A stretch of DNA of 64,000 nucleotides. Source: a bacterium (lineage in GTDB: Bacteria; SAR324; NAC60-12). Each line of letters begins with the position of its first letter. The stretch's first letter is position 1. The translations under genes were made by a program, and so were the position numbers. Location of the stretch: NCBI GenBank assembly GCA_965205865.1, contig CBDBHR010000028.1:512001-576000 (forward strand), read 5' to 3'. Under the pieces are notes generated by a model. It was not told the DNA's origin. It did no database searches and was given only the letters and a program-made list of their open reading frames with translations. Of the stretch, positions 39,059-49,556 are shown piece by piece.

Positions 39059-39350
39059 GTGCTTGGCTGAAAATCAGGTAACTACAAGATATTTAAAGGT
39101 ATTCACCTATTTTCAAGAAACGAGGATTTTGAGGAAACTCATCAAAAATCCCATTTTTTGCTGATTTTGGCCATCTGAACACTGTATCAAACAAATCTTC
39201 AGATTTTCAAGATGATTTTTTTGCCTGAGAAAGGCAATCATTCTGAAATCAGATTTTGATCATCAAATCCATGGATGTTTGAGTGAGAATGAGCATCAAA
39301 ATGCTGTTTTCAGATGTGGAAAATCTTCATTTCTCATGTCTTGGACGCAC
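39059..39350. mobile_element. MITE family C-related element (variant or composite)
   Basis: 39059-39201 is an inverted copy of 614-755; starts GTGCTTGGC after TAGTTA and ends GGACGCAC; no matching right-hand TSD. Confidence 0.65.
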
Positions 39351-39361
39351 TCATCCCCTTA

Positions 39362-39516
39362 GGAATGAAATTTAAATAAGTTAGAAGTATGGATACGCAA
39401 AATTAGGGTACAGGTAACAGCAGGAAAACAGTAGAGTTGGGATGCGCAGCGTTGTACATGTCCCCCAATTTTGCTCACACCATTGGAAGAATTACAGGTT
39501 ATTTAAGGTTTGTTCC
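39362..39516 (+). mobile_element. MITE family A, copy 4 (155 bp)
   Basis: Same sequence as copy 1 with small deletions; TTA duplication. Confidence 0.92.
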
Positions 39517-39693
39517 TTAACTTTAATGTTTTTGTTTTTTAATTGAAGCGAAACCCGTTGATCAGATTGGCGCCAATGCATGCTGGCAGGTGGCAAAAAG
39601 TTGGCCCAATTGCAAGCGCTCAAAGGTCGTTTTGGGTATTTTCAAGATCAGTTTTCCGGCATGTTGAAGTGTCCGGAGACACTCTGAAAGAAT

Positions 39694-39769
39694 TGGAGCG
39701 AGAAACGAGGTTCGAACTCGCGACCTCAACCTTGGCAAGGTTGCGCTCTACCTACTGAGCTATTCTCGC
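39694..39769 (-). tRNA. tRNA-Gly (GCC)
   Basis: GCGAGAATAGCTCAGTAGGTAGAGCGCAACCTTGCCAAGGTTGAGGTCGCGAGTTCGAACCTCGTTTCTCGCTCCA; 76 nt, CCA encoded. Confidence 0.97.
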
Positions 39770-39787
39770 TCGGGAAGAAAGTGTGAC

Positions 39788-39816
39788 AATTTAATCAATT
39801 TTTAACAGAGAGTCAA
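39788..39816 (-). promoter_or_regulatory. Sigma70 promoter of tRNA-Gly
   Basis: TTGACT-17 nt-TAAATT on the minus strand. Confidence 0.65.
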
Positions 39817-39936
39817 TATTATTTTTAAATGGCGACCTCCTACTCTCAATCGTTTCGATTTTTCTGAATTATTAGAAATTCGACAGAGGATAGCAAACAC
39901 TCCCCAAAAAATTTAAAGATCCAACTAAATCATTTT

Positions 39937-41001
39937 TCAATGACAGGTCATGCGAGAATGAGAAAAAACCGTAAAATGTTTAATCCGAATGGTGACGCGC
40001 TGATCACGCTGCCAATTTTCTCGGGAGGAGACACGGGCTTTGATCTGATTTCCTGTCAGGAGTTGGATTTTCAGTATTTGTTGATCCCCTGAAAAATCAA
40101 TGTGTTGAATTATTCCGTGATCTTTTTTATAGTCGGCGCCTTCAACCAGAATATCTTCAGGACGAACCATCAAGTGTTGTGATTTTTTTTGCAGAGTCGA
40201 ATTGCCGTTGAGATCGACAACATCATGCTTTTGCGAAAAGGGATCCAAATAACTTGAAGCCGTTTCAAAGGGTAAGAAGTTGGCTTCTCCCACAAAAGTG
40301 GCCACCCAGGAATCTATGGGGGCATGATAAATCCCTGTGGGTGTTCCTTCTTGAATGATATTTCCTTGTTTCATGATCACCATTCGATCTGCAAAAGTAA
40401 ATGCTTCAGATTGGTCATGGGTCACCAAAATAACGCTGACTTCTTTCTGACGCAAAATATCGCGAATATCTTGCCGTAACTGAACTCGGAGTTGATAATC
40501 CAAACTACTAAAAGGTTCGTCCAGTAAAATCAATGCGGGCGAAGGAGCGAGGGAACGTGCGACAGCAACCCGTTGTTGTTGCCCGCCAGAGAGCATGTGT
40601 GGCATTTTGTCCGCACAATCTGCCAAACTGACCAGTGCCAGCATTTCTTTCACTCGTCGTCGCTTTTCTTTATTGCTGCCTTTTAACCCGAAAGCAATGT
40701 TTTCGCTGACATTCAAATGAGGGAACAAAGAAATATCCTGAAAGACCATCCCCAAGCCGCGTTGTTCAGGAACAACCAACCTCTCCCGTTCAGAAACGAC
40801 TTGATTTTGCAGCAATACTTTTCCGCGGTCCAGTGTTTCCAAGCCGGCAATCATACGTAAAATAGTCGATTTGCCACAACCGGAAGGTCCCAGAATCGCC
40901 AGAAATTCTCTGCGATAGAGTTGGAAACTTACATTGCTTACTGCTTTGAGGGGGCCAAAGTTTTTGCTGACGGATTGACATTCCAGAATAAGTGTTTTCA
41001 A
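39937..41001 (-). CDS. Fe3+ ABC transporter ATPase (FbpC-like)
   Basis: GPSGCGKS, LSGGQQQR, DEPFSSLD; operon context. Confidence 0.9.
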   Translation of the reverse strand: MKTLILECQSVSKNFGPLKAVSNVSFQLYRREFLAILGPSGCGKSTILRMIAGLETLDRGKVLLQNQVVSERERLVVPEQRGLGMVFQDISLFPHLNVSENIAFGLKGSNKEKRRRVKEMLALVSLADCADKMPHMLSGGQQQRVAVARSLAPSPALILLDEPFSSLDYQLRVQLRQDIRDILRQKEVSVILVTHDQSEAFTFADRMVIMKQGNIIQEGTPTGIYHAPIDSWVATFVGEANFLPFETASSYLDPFSQKHDVVDLNGNSTLQKKSQHLMVRPEDILVEGADYKKDHGIIQHIDFSGDQQILKIQLLTGNQIKARVSSRENWQRDQRVTIRIKHFTVFSHSRMTCH

Positions 41002-41065
41002 TTTTATAAACTAACCTCCATTTGGCGTAAATCTGCAAAGCCAGCATAACCTACAACTTTTTATC

Positions 41066-42775
41066 TCAATCTTCAACGGCTTTCCATTTTTCGATCCACA
41101 AGAGAGCATTGGAGGTCTCGGAAGAACTTTGCTCTGCGTGAGACTTTGTAATACCCCGACTCAAAATGATAACCGGTAGAATACCGACCATGACAATCGT
41201 TACTGACCATAAAGAGGATTCGTGCAAACGTTCATCGGAAGCATATTCATAGATACGAGTTGCGAGCGTACTGAAGTTGAAAGGTTGCAGCATCAAGGTC
41301 AACGGCAGTTCCTTCATCACATCGACAAAGACTAAAATCGCCGCAGTGAGCGCACTTCCCTGCAAAAGAGGAAAATGAACCCGTCTCAGGGTGGCAAATG
41401 TTCCCTGCCCAAGGGTTTTTGAAACCTCTTCGAGATTTTTGGTGATTTTTGTCAATCCTGCTTCGAGGGTTCCGAAGGATAATGCCAGAAAACGAACAAG
41501 ATAAGCAAAGACGACAGCGACAATCGTACCACTGAGAATTAGTCCGGTCGAAACGTCAAAGAAGTCTCGCATAAAGCGATCAACTGCGTTATCCAACCCG
41601 GCAAAAGGAAGCAGCACGCCAAGCGCAATAATAGGACCAGGCACTGCATAACCCAATGTGGCGATACGGGTGGTTATCCGCACCAATTTTGTGGGGCGGA
41701 GCCTTACTCCGTAAGCTGTCAACAATGCCAATAAAACAGATAATACTGCCGCAATACCGGCAAGCATGACACTATTGGACGCATCACTGATAAATCGATG
41801 AGTGAGGGTTTGTTCATAGGTTTCGAAAACCCACTTGAGCAGAAGTAAAAACGGGATCAAAAATCCAAATAAAATAGGTAAAAAACAACAGAGAAATGCC
41901 ATCAACGCATGTCCACCGGAAAGCCGAGGTTTCTTTTTATCCATCCTGTTTTGTTTATTGTGATGATAGCGTTTCCGGCGTCGTGACAGTCGTTCCAGAA
42001 ATACTAAAATCGCCACAAAAACCAACAATGTAGTAGCCAATTGCGCTGCGCCAGGTGCGTTGTACATTCCCAACCAGACGCTATATATGCCTGTTGTAAA
42101 AGTACTGACAGCAAAGATTTGCACCGTTCCAAAATCACCTATGGTTTCCATCAATGCCAGAATTAAACCCACTACAATCGCTGGTCTTGATAAAGGCAGG
42201 GCAACTTGCCAAAAATTCTTCCAGGCTCCCTTTCCCAAAAGTTGTCCCACTTCCATGACATTCATGGAAAGATCCAAAAAGGAAGCCCTGGCAAGTAAAT
42301 AGACATAAGGATACAAAACCAGGACCAACATCGCTATCGCTCCCTCCAGTGAAACGATATGAGGGAACCAATAATCCTTGGCGCTTTGCCAGCCAAATAA
42401 AAGTCTTAGAAAGGATTGGACGGGACCGGCAAACTCGAGGATTTGAACATAAACCGTGGCAATGACATAGGCTGGCATGGCGAGAGGCAAAAACAGAGCC
42501 CATTCAAAGACCCGCTGCCCTGGAAAACGATACATGGTTACCAACCATGCAGTGCTGATTCCAATCACTAAAACGCCCGCCCCGACGCCGAGCATCAACA
42601 AAAATGTGTTGCGCGCATATCGGGGAAGGACGGTTGTTGATAGATGAGACCAAACTTCATCGCTTGGTGTGAAAGCCAGTCCGATTACCGCAAAAATGGG
42701 AATTGAAAAAATCAATGCCAGTAAAACAGTAAAAACGGACCAGCTATCCACGCTTTTTTTTATAGTTGAGTTCAC
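41066..42775 (-). CDS. Fe3+ ABC transporter permease (FbpB/FutB-like)
   Basis: LPLAMPAYV, LYPYVYLLAR, DVMKELPLTL. Confidence 0.92.
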   Translation of the reverse strand: MNSTIKKSVDSWSVFTVLLALIFSIPIFAVIGLAFTPSDEVWSHLSTTVLPRYARNTFLLMLGVGAGVLVIGISTAWLVTMYRFPGQRVFEWALFLPLAMPAYVIATVYVQILEFAGPVQSFLRLLFGWQSAKDYWFPHIVSLEGAIAMLVLVLYPYVYLLARASFLDLSMNVMEVGQLLGKGAWKNFWQVALPLSRPAIVVGLILALMETIGDFGTVQIFAVSTFTTGIYSVWLGMYNAPGAAQLATTLLVFVAILVFLERLSRRRKRYHHNKQNRMDKKKPRLSGGHALMAFLCCFLPILFGFLIPFLLLLKWVFETYEQTLTHRFISDASNSVMLAGIAAVLSVLLALLTAYGVRLRPTKLVRITTRIATLGYAVPGPIIALGVLLPFAGLDNAVDRFMRDFFDVSTGLILSGTIVAVVFAYLVRFLALSFGTLEAGLTKITKNLEEVSKTLGQGTFATLRRVHFPLLQGSALTAAILVFVDVMKELPLTLMLQPFNFSTLATRIYEYASDERLHESSLWSVTIVMVGILPVIILSRGITKSHAEQSSSETSNALLWIEKWKAVED

Positions 42776-43812
42776 TCGTAACCGGCTTCATTCATAATCT
42801 CGAACGCCTCAGTCCGAAAGTTGCCAATTGTCGCGAGATTCACCGTATCACGCTTGAAAACGCCATTCTCGATTCCGGGTTGTCCTTCTCCAAAAGATTT
42901 CACAATTCCCGATAACATCACTCCCTCTTTCAAAGGATATTCATGATTGACCCGGGCATACATTTGCTGAGCCAGATCATCCGTCAAAAACTCAAGCAGC
43001 TTAATGGCGTTTTTCAGATTTTGAGAACTTTTAGTGACACCTCCACCACTGATATTCATGTGCGTCCCTCGCTCATCTTGATTGGGGAAAAAAATACTGG
43101 CAGAAGCCGCCCAGTCACGTTGTTGCGGATTTTCCAACATTTTTCCCATGTAGTAAGAGTTGCCCAGGGAAAAATCACACTCACCTTCGGAAATGGCCTT
43201 AACTTGGGCACGATCATTACCTTGCGGTTTGCGAGCTAAATTTGCCCGCAGACCTTTGGCCCAATTTAACGCATATTCCTTGCCATGATGCGCAATAATC
43301 GAAGATAAAAGCGCAATGTTGTAATTGTGTAAGCCGGAACGTGAGCAGATTCTTCCTTTAAACTTTGCATCGATCAAATCTTCGTAGGTGGACAGCTCAC
43401 TGACCTCAACCCGCTCTTTGGAATAATAAATCACCCTGGCCCGCGCTGTCAATCCCGTCCACAATCCTCCGGGATTACGAAACTCCGCTGGAATATTCGC
43501 CTCGATCACTTTGGATTCGATCGATTGAAGCAGACCCTCATCAGCTAGCTTGGTCAGATTGGAAATATCCACGGTTAAAACAACATCTGCAGGACTATTC
43601 ATCCCCTCCGCTTTCAGTCGCTCTAACAGTCCCGATTTAATATACACCACATTGACACCGATGCCCGTCTGTTGCTCATATACGTTCAAAAATGGACGCA
43701 TTAAAAACTCCTGACGTGTGGAATACACGTTTACTTCTTCCGCTTGTAAGAAAGTCGGAATCAACAACACAATTGATACTGCCAAACTTAAAATAAATTT
43801 ATGGATTCTCAT
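42772..43812 (-). CDS. Fe3+ ABC transporter substrate-binding protein (FbpA/FutA-like)
   Basis: EVNVYS, SPADVVLTVD, KPQGNDRAQ, GNSYY. Confidence 0.92.
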   Translation of the reverse strand: MRIHKFILSLAVSIVLLIPTFLQAEEVNVYSTRQEFLMRPFLNVYEQQTGIGVNVVYIKSGLLERLKAEGMNSPADVVLTVDISNLTKLADEGLLQSIESKVIEANIPAEFRNPGGLWTGLTARARVIYYSKERVEVSELSTYEDLIDAKFKGRICSRSGLHNYNIALLSSIIAHHGKEYALNWAKGLRANLARKPQGNDRAQVKAISEGECDFSLGNSYYMGKMLENPQQRDWAASASIFFPNQDERGTHMNISGGGVTKSSQNLKNAIKLLEFLTDDLAQQMYARVNHEYPLKEGVMLSGIVKSFGEGQPGIENGVFKRDTVNLATIGNFRTEAFEIMNEAGYE

Positions 43813-43848
43813 ATTTCTCCTTTAATTTAATAAAATTTTTCGAATAAA

Positions 43849-43908
43849 TAACAATGGAAATTTCTTTGGAAAACATCACTAACAATGGAAATTTCTTTGG
43901 AAAACATC
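43849..43908. repeat. 31-bp period tandem duplication
   Basis: TAACAATGGAAATTTCTTTGGAAAACATC at 43849 and 43880. Confidence 0.92.
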
Positions 43909-43942
43909 CCTGACCATCAAAATCTGATTCTTTACGCTCTTT

Positions 43943-44297
43943 TCCGACACGCTTGTTGGAAACTCGGAGGAAGAATTATATTGAGGACCGATGCGCTCCA
44001 TTCCATAAGTTGTTAGCATATAAGGTTAAAATATATTAGTATATACGAAATAAAATATTAATATACGCGAAATTAATTTGATTGTCTATACTAATTAATT
44101 AAAAATAAAAAAATTCGTCATCCGACACGCTTGTTGGAAACTCGGAGGAAGAATTATATTGAGGACCGATGCGCTCCATTCCATAAGTTGTTAGCATATA
44201 AGGTTAAAATATATTAGTATATACGAAATAAAATATTAATATACACGAAATTAATTTGATTGTCTATACTAATTAATTAAAAATAAAAAATTCGTCA
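43943..44297. repeat. 178/177-bp tandem duplication upstream of the iron-uptake operon
   Basis: Units 43943-44120 and 44121-44297 differ by one substitution and one A in a homopolymer. Confidence 0.93.
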
Positions 44298-44578
44298 GAG
44301 GCAGGTAAAAGCTGAAGAAAACAAGTTTGCGGTTAAGGATTCGCTTCAGAAAAGTCGAAAATGCAGGAAGGTCTGTTCAATTCCCCACAGAATACAAATT
44401 CGCCAGTTCATTTCGTATTATCAGGGAACAAAGGACTTGGCGTTACTCATTAAATAAATTACGTAAGTAATGAGGAAGACGTCAATTAGATGATTACGTT
44501 TATAGGTTTGCCTGCCTCCTCGAAATTTGTTAGGATTTTGACATATGCGCTTTCATAAATTTTTATCACGAAATCCAA

Positions 44579-45127
44579 ATGCCTCGTTTGTTTATTGCCA
44601 TCGATTTTCCGGATACGGTGATAGATCAGTTGATTGAACTATGTGACTGGAGTTTTGAGAATGCAAGTTGGACCGATGATGATCAATTTCACTTGACGCT
44701 GCGTTTTATTGGAGAGGCCGATGGCATAAGCTTCGCTGACATCCGAAAAGATCTTTTTCAAATTCGGCAACCGGCTTTTCCTCTGACTTTAAAAGGGATC
44801 GGCTTTTTTCCTCCCCGGAAACAGCCTCGTGTCCTTTGGGCTGGCGTGGAAAAAAACGATGCGCTGTATCAGCTTCAAAAAAAGATCGACACCCGTTTGG
44901 ACAGGCTCCACATGCCTTCGGACAAACGAAAATTTCATCCTCATGTCACTCTGGCGAAACTGCGCCACCTTTCCGTAGAAAGAATCGGTTCTTATCTCAG
45001 AGAGAACAATTTGTTCAAAACAGAACCATTTTACGTCCGGGAGTTCTTCCTGTATTCCAGTGTCCTTACCCCCCGGAGAGCCATCCACACTCAGGAAGCG
45101 TCCTATCCCCTCATTTCTCAAAAATGA
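44579..45127 (+). CDS. thpR: RNA 2',3'-cyclic phosphodiesterase
   Basis: RLFIAI plus two HxT motifs (FHLTLRF, PHVTLAK). Confidence 0.92.
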   Translation: MPRLFIAIDFPDTVIDQLIELCDWSFENASWTDDDQFHLTLRFIGEADGISFADIRKDLFQIRQPAFPLTLKGIGFFPPRKQPRVLWAGVEKNDALYQLQKKIDTRLDRLHMPSDKRKFHPHVTLAKLRHLSVERIGSYLRENNLFKTEPFYVREFFLYSSVLTPRRAIHTQEASYPLISQK

Positions 45128-45131
45128 GCTC

Positions 45132-45515
45132 TCAGTTAATCACACCGGGCACGGAGAGCGTGAAACAGGGAATCTCCGCATCAAACATTCCACCGTCCAG
45201 TATTTGCATTTGATAACTCCCTTCCATTGTTCCCATTGGCGACTTCAAATGGGAGCCACTCATGTATTCATGTTCCTCTCCGGGAGCCAGGATTGGTTGT
45301 TTTCCCACCACTCCTTCCCCTTTTACTTCGGAAATCTCCCCGTTGCTATCGGTGATGATCCAATGCCTACTGATCAATTGCGCTGTTTGGGAACTTTGAT
45401 TTTTTATACGGACCCGATAGGCAAAAACATAATGATTCTGTTGGGAATTGGAATGTTCTTCAATATAGAACGATTCAACAGAAACGATGATTCCCCGTGT
45501 GGTTGCTGTCTCCAT
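45132..45515 (-). CDS. apaG: ApaG protein
   Basis: YVFAYRVRI, QLISRHWIITD, GEGVVGKQP. Confidence 0.95.
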   Translation of the reverse strand: METATTRGIIVSVESFYIEEHSNSQQNHYVFAYRVRIKNQSSQTAQLISRHWIITDSNGEISEVKGEGVVGKQPILAPGEEHEYMSGSHLKSPMGTMEGSYQMQILDGGMFDAEIPCFTLSVPGVIN

Positions 45516-45786
45516 GGATAATTTCAGGTGCAAAAATGGTTAGATGATGGCGCGGGACGCATGTTTGTACGAAACAAAGAAACTCGCAATTGGATTTAAA
45601 ATTTGTCATACTGACCCAGTGTTTGTCTCAAAAATATTTTTCAGTGCTCGAAATATACCATGCCGGACAGGAACAATGCACTGCAAAAAAAATCTCGCAA
45701 CATTATCCCATAAAATCCATGACCACCAATTCCGATGACAAACTATTTTTTAACCCCAACAATTCGGTTCAACCAAAAAGGAGTGC

Positions 45787-46764
45787 ATGTCAACCACAGT
45801 AAAAATCGCAGTTACCGGAGCAGCGGGACAGATTGATTATTCGCTTTTGTTTCGTTTAGCTTCTGGTGAAACATTTGGTCCGGAAACCCTGGTGGAACTA
45901 CAATTGATCGAGATCGAACCAGCGCTGACCGCCCTCGAAGGAGTCGTGTTGGAGTTGGAAGACTGCGCGTTTCCGCTATTGCAGAAAATTTCAATGACTG
46001 CAGACCCCAATGAAGGCTTCTCAGGCGTCAACTGGGCTCTCCTCGTGGGAGCCGCACCCCGAAAAGCCGGGATGGAGCGAAGAGATTTGATCAAAACCAA
46101 CAGTGGTATCTTTGTGGACCAGGGAGCGGCATTGAATCAAGCCGCATCCGATGTTCGTATTCTCGTCGTGGGGAATCCTTGCAACACCAACTGTCTGATT
46201 GCCATGAAGCAGACCAATGACATTCCACGGCACCGTTGGTTTGCTATGACTGCCTTGGATGCCAATCGCGCCAAATTCCAGTTGGCTCAAAAGTCAGGAT
46301 ACCCGGTGCGTGAGGTGAGTAACCTGACGATTTGGGGAAATCACAGTGCCACTCAGTATCCGGATTTCTACAATGCGAAAATCGCTGGAAAACCCGTCAC
46401 GGAAGTGATTCCCGATTTAAACTGGTTGCAAAGCGATTTCATTTCCACTGTGCAGAAACGTGGAGCCATGGTGATTGAAGCGCGGAGTGCCTCTTCGGCT
46501 GCTTCGGCTGCCAATGCCGTCATTGACACTATCAAAAATTTGATTCAACCCACTGCCGCAGGAAACTGGTTCAGCGCTGCTGTCCCCAGTGATGGGAGCT
46601 ATGGCATTCCGGAAGGAATCGTATTCGGATTTCCTCTGCGTAGTGACGGATGCCAGTATGAAATCGTACGAGGCATTACATTGAATGAATTTGCCCAAGA
46701 AAAAATAATGATAACCCTGGCGGAACTAAAGCAAGAGCAGGAAACTGTTAAAAACACTCTTTAA
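45787..46764 (+). CDS. mdh: Malate dehydrogenase
   Basis: [37 protein letters not shown]. Confidence 0.95.
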   Translation: MSTTVKIAVTGAAGQIDYSLLFRLASGETFGPETLVELQLIEIEPALTALEGVVLELEDCAFPLLQKISMTADPNEGFSGVNWALLVGAAPRKAGMERRDLIKTNSGIFVDQGAALNQAASDVRILVVGNPCNTNCLIAMKQTNDIPRHRWFAMTALDANRAKFQLAQKSGYPVREVSNLTIWGNHSATQYPDFYNAKIAGKPVTEVIPDLNWLQSDFISTVQKRGAMVIEARSASSAASAANAVIDTIKNLIQPTAAGNWFSAAVPSDGSYGIPEGIVFGFPLRSDGCQYEIVRGITLNEFAQEKIMITLAELKQEQETVKNTL

Positions 46765-46778
46765 ACGAGGAGACTTCA

Positions 46779-47954
46779 GTGAAAATTCACGAATTCCAGG
46801 CCAAGCGAATGCTTGCCGAATATGGAGCGACAGTTCCTCGAGGTGATGTGGCTGAAACTCCGGAACAAGCCGTTCAGATCGCAAAATCTCTCGCAAGTGA
46901 AGTCTGTGTGGTCAAAGCCCAAATCCATGCCGGAGGTCGAGGCAAAGGCGGAGGCGTGAAAGTTTCCAAAGGACAGGATGAAGTAAAAACAAATGCATCA
47001 GCCATCTTGGGAATGCAGTTGGTCACCCATCAAACTGGTCCGCAGGGCCGGAAAGTAAAAAGAGTCCTCATTGAAGAAAGCATGGTCATTAAAAAAGAAC
47101 TCTACTGCTCGGTGCTGGTTGATCGTACTTCTCAATCCGTGATTTTTTTGACCTCCACTGCAGGAGGGATGGATATCGAAAAAGTCGCAGCCAAAACCCC
47201 GGAGAAAATTAACAAAGTCTTTGTGGACCCCACGATAGGATTGCGCCCGTTTCAAGCGACCCGACTGGCTTATCATCTGAAGGTCGATGACGTCGACCCC
47301 AAATTGGTCCGTCCCACGGCAGCATTAATGACTTCCCTTTACCACGCCTTTATCCACGAGGATTGTTCACTCGTGGAAATCAATCCTCTGGTCTTGACCG
47401 ACGATGGCAGGGTGATCGTCCTCGATGCCAAACTGACCTATGACGACAATGCTCTGTTCCGGCACAAGAACATTGTCGATCTGCGGGACATGGATGAGGA
47501 AGAACCTGCTGAGGTGGAAGCCAATCAAAACGATCTCAGTTACATCAAACTCCATGGGGCCATCGGTTGCATTGTCAATGGGGCAGGTTTGGCCATGGGT
47601 ACGATGGACATAATCAAGAATTTTGGAGGAGAACCGGCTAATTTTCTCGATGTGGGTGGCACTGCAACTCAGCAAAGGGTGGCTACCGCATTTAGAATCA
47701 TTAGTGCCGATTCTAACGTGAAATGCATCTTGGTCAATATATTCGGTGGCATCGTGCGTTGTGATGTGGTGGCCGAAGGTATCGTGGCAGCGTTCAAGGA
47801 AGTGAATCCGCAAGTGCCGGTAGTGGTTCGCCTTGCCGGAAACAATGCCGATCAAGCCATGAATATTATTGCGCAATCAGGCTTCGGAGACAAGCTGCAG
47901 ATGGTCCGGGGACTGCGTGGGGCTGCCGAAACGGCGGTTGCTGCCTCCAATTAG
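46779..47954 (+). CDS. sucC: Succinyl-CoA synthetase beta subunit
   Basis: KIHEFQAK, KAQIHAGGRGKGGGV, NGAGLAM. Confidence 0.96.
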   Translation: MKIHEFQAKRMLAEYGATVPRGDVAETPEQAVQIAKSLASEVCVVKAQIHAGGRGKGGGVKVSKGQDEVKTNASAILGMQLVTHQTGPQGRKVKRVLIEESMVIKKELYCSVLVDRTSQSVIFLTSTAGGMDIEKVAAKTPEKINKVFVDPTIGLRPFQATRLAYHLKVDDVDPKLVRPTAALMTSLYHAFIHEDCSLVEINPLVLTDDGRVIVLDAKLTYDDNALFRHKNIVDLRDMDEEEPAEVEANQNDLSYIKLHGAIGCIVNGAGLAMGTMDIIKNFGGEPANFLDVGGTATQQRVATAFRIISADSNVKCILVNIFGGIVRCDVVAEGIVAAFKEVNPQVPVVVRLAGNNADQAMNIIAQSGFGDKLQMVRGLRGAAETAVAASN

Positions 47955-48014
47955 GATATGACGTCGCCCAATTTTATCGAGCATTTTTGTTGGTTCCTTT
48001 AAAACAGAGGATTT

Positions 48015-48887
48015 ATGGCGGTTTTAGTTGATAAAAATACCAAGCTACTAGTCCAGGGAATGACCGGATCCCAGGGTGCCTTGCATACGAGAGGCTGCCT
48101 TGACTATGGCACCAATGTTGTCGCAGGCGTCACTCCGGGGAAAGGCGGTCAGTATTTTGAGGGCATACCCGTTTTCAATTCCGTAGAAGAAGCGGTGGAT
48201 GCTACGGCTGCCAACGCTTCCATGATTCTCGTACCACCTCCCTTCGCTGCAGATGCCGTCATTGAAGCCGCGGCCGCCGGGGTGAAACTGATTGTTGCGA
48301 TCACAGAAGGAATTCCGGTGATTGATATGGTCATTGCAGTGCGTTTTGTCCGTGATCAGGGTATGTGTTTGATTGGTCCCAATTGTCCTGGAATTATCAC
48401 CCCGGGACAATGCAAAATTGGCATCATGCCGGGCTTCATCCACAAACCCGGCACTATTGGAGTAGTATCACGCTCCGGAACATTGACTTATGAAGCCGTT
48501 GACCAATTGACACAGGTGGGTTTGGGACAAAGCACCTGCATCGGAATCGGTGGGGATCCCGTCAATGGCACCAATTTTGTGGATTGCCTCCAGTGGTTTC
48601 AGAATGACGCGGAAACTGAAGCGATTGTCATGATTGGCGAAATAGGCGGTGATGCCGAAGAGCAAGCGGCCGCCTTTGCTGAAGAACAGGTCTCTAAACC
48701 CATTGTCAGCTTCATTGCTGGTCAAACAGCCCCTCCGGGACGTCGCATGGGACATGCCGGCGCAATCATCTCCAGCGGAAAAGGCACGGCTGCCGAAAAA
48801 ATGAAAACCCTCAGCGAAGCAGGAATTCACGTTGTGTCCAATCCGGACTTGATTGGACAGAAGATGCTGGAAATCCTTGGAAAATAA
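48015..48887 (+). CDS. sucD: Succinyl-CoA synthetase alpha subunit
   Basis: [23 protein letters not shown]. Confidence 0.96.
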   Translation: MAVLVDKNTKLLVQGMTGSQGALHTRGCLDYGTNVVAGVTPGKGGQYFEGIPVFNSVEEAVDATAANASMILVPPPFAADAVIEAAAAGVKLIVAITEGIPVIDMVIAVRFVRDQGMCLIGPNCPGIITPGQCKIGIMPGFIHKPGTIGVVSRSGTLTYEAVDQLTQVGLGQSTCIGIGGDPVNGTNFVDCLQWFQNDAETEAIVMIGEIGGDAEEQAAAFAEEQVSKPIVSFIAGQTAPPGRRMGHAGAIISSGKGTAAEKMKTLSEAGIHVVSNPDLIGQKMLEILGK

Positions 48888-48904
48888 TGTCTTTTTTGCA
48901 TAAA

Positions 48905-48940
48905 TAAAAAAAGCCGGTGAGACTTTAGACCCCACCGGCT
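48905..48940. terminator. Terminator between sucD and hsp20
   Basis: A-tract then AGCCGGTG...CACCGGCT hairpin (U-tail on the minus strand). Confidence 0.7.
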
Positions 48941-48969
48941 ATCCAATGAAGATTTTTCAGATCAACGCA

Positions 48970-49389
48970 TTAATTAATCGCGATCTGCTTTCTCTCCGGT
49001 TGCTCGGACTTTGGAAGCGTGATTTCCAGGATCCCAGTTTCTAAACGGGCCTCCACTTGATCTCCTTTGGCATCTTCAGGCAAACGGACCGTGCGCTGAA
49101 AAGAACCATAGGAGCGCTCTACACAGGAATAGCCATCCTTGTCTTCTTTTCCATCCTGCTTCTTCTCTCCCTTAACAACCAAAACATGGTCCTGCAGAGA
49201 AATCTCGATATCCTCTTTGGCAATGCCAGGAACTTCTATCGAAATATGATAGGTCTTCTCATCTCCCCGTATATCCAAACGGGGAGAAAACCACTGACCC
49301 TCCGTTGCTGTAACACCCCTGAAAAATTCATCCAATTCTGAATGAAATCTGGGAATAACTCTTCTACTATGACTCGGAACTAACCACAT
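48970..49389 (-). CDS. Hsp20/alpha-crystallin small heat-shock protein
   Basis: EVPGI, ERSYGSFQRTVRLP, GILEITLPK; RBS AGGAGG. Confidence 0.93.
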   Translation of the reverse strand: MWLVPSHSRRVIPRFHSELDEFFRGVTATEGQWFSPRLDIRGDEKTYHISIEVPGIAKEDIEISLQDHVLVVKGEKKQDGKEDKDGYSCVERSYGSFQRTVRLPEDAKGDQVEARLETGILEITLPKSEQPERKQIAIN

Positions 49390-49442
49390 AAGTCCTCCTT
49401 CTATTTTTGAGGTTTTTTAAAAAAATAAAATTAACTAAATTG

Positions 49443-49480
49443 TTAGCACTCATTATATAGGAGTGCTAACAATTTGTCAA
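49443..49480 (-). promoter_or_regulatory. CIRCE element (HrcA operator) overlapping a consensus sigma70 promoter
   Basis: TTAGCACTC-N9-GAGTGCTAA at 49443-49469; minus-strand TTGACA (49480-49475)-17 nt-TATAAT (49457-49452). Confidence 0.95.
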
Positions 49481-49556
49481 CTATTTTTATTTTTTAATAA
49501 AGACATACAATATCAGGGATTTGAAGTGCAAACGGGTGAAATTTTCAAGAAGGAGT

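Noticed and set aside
39694-39720. att-site duplication of the tRNA-Gly 3' end
   Set aside because: No second copy was noticed in the window by eye, and there is no integrase.
43849-43908. 29-bp repeats as a mini-CRISPR
   Set aside because: Only 2 nt separate the units; this is a simple tandem duplication.
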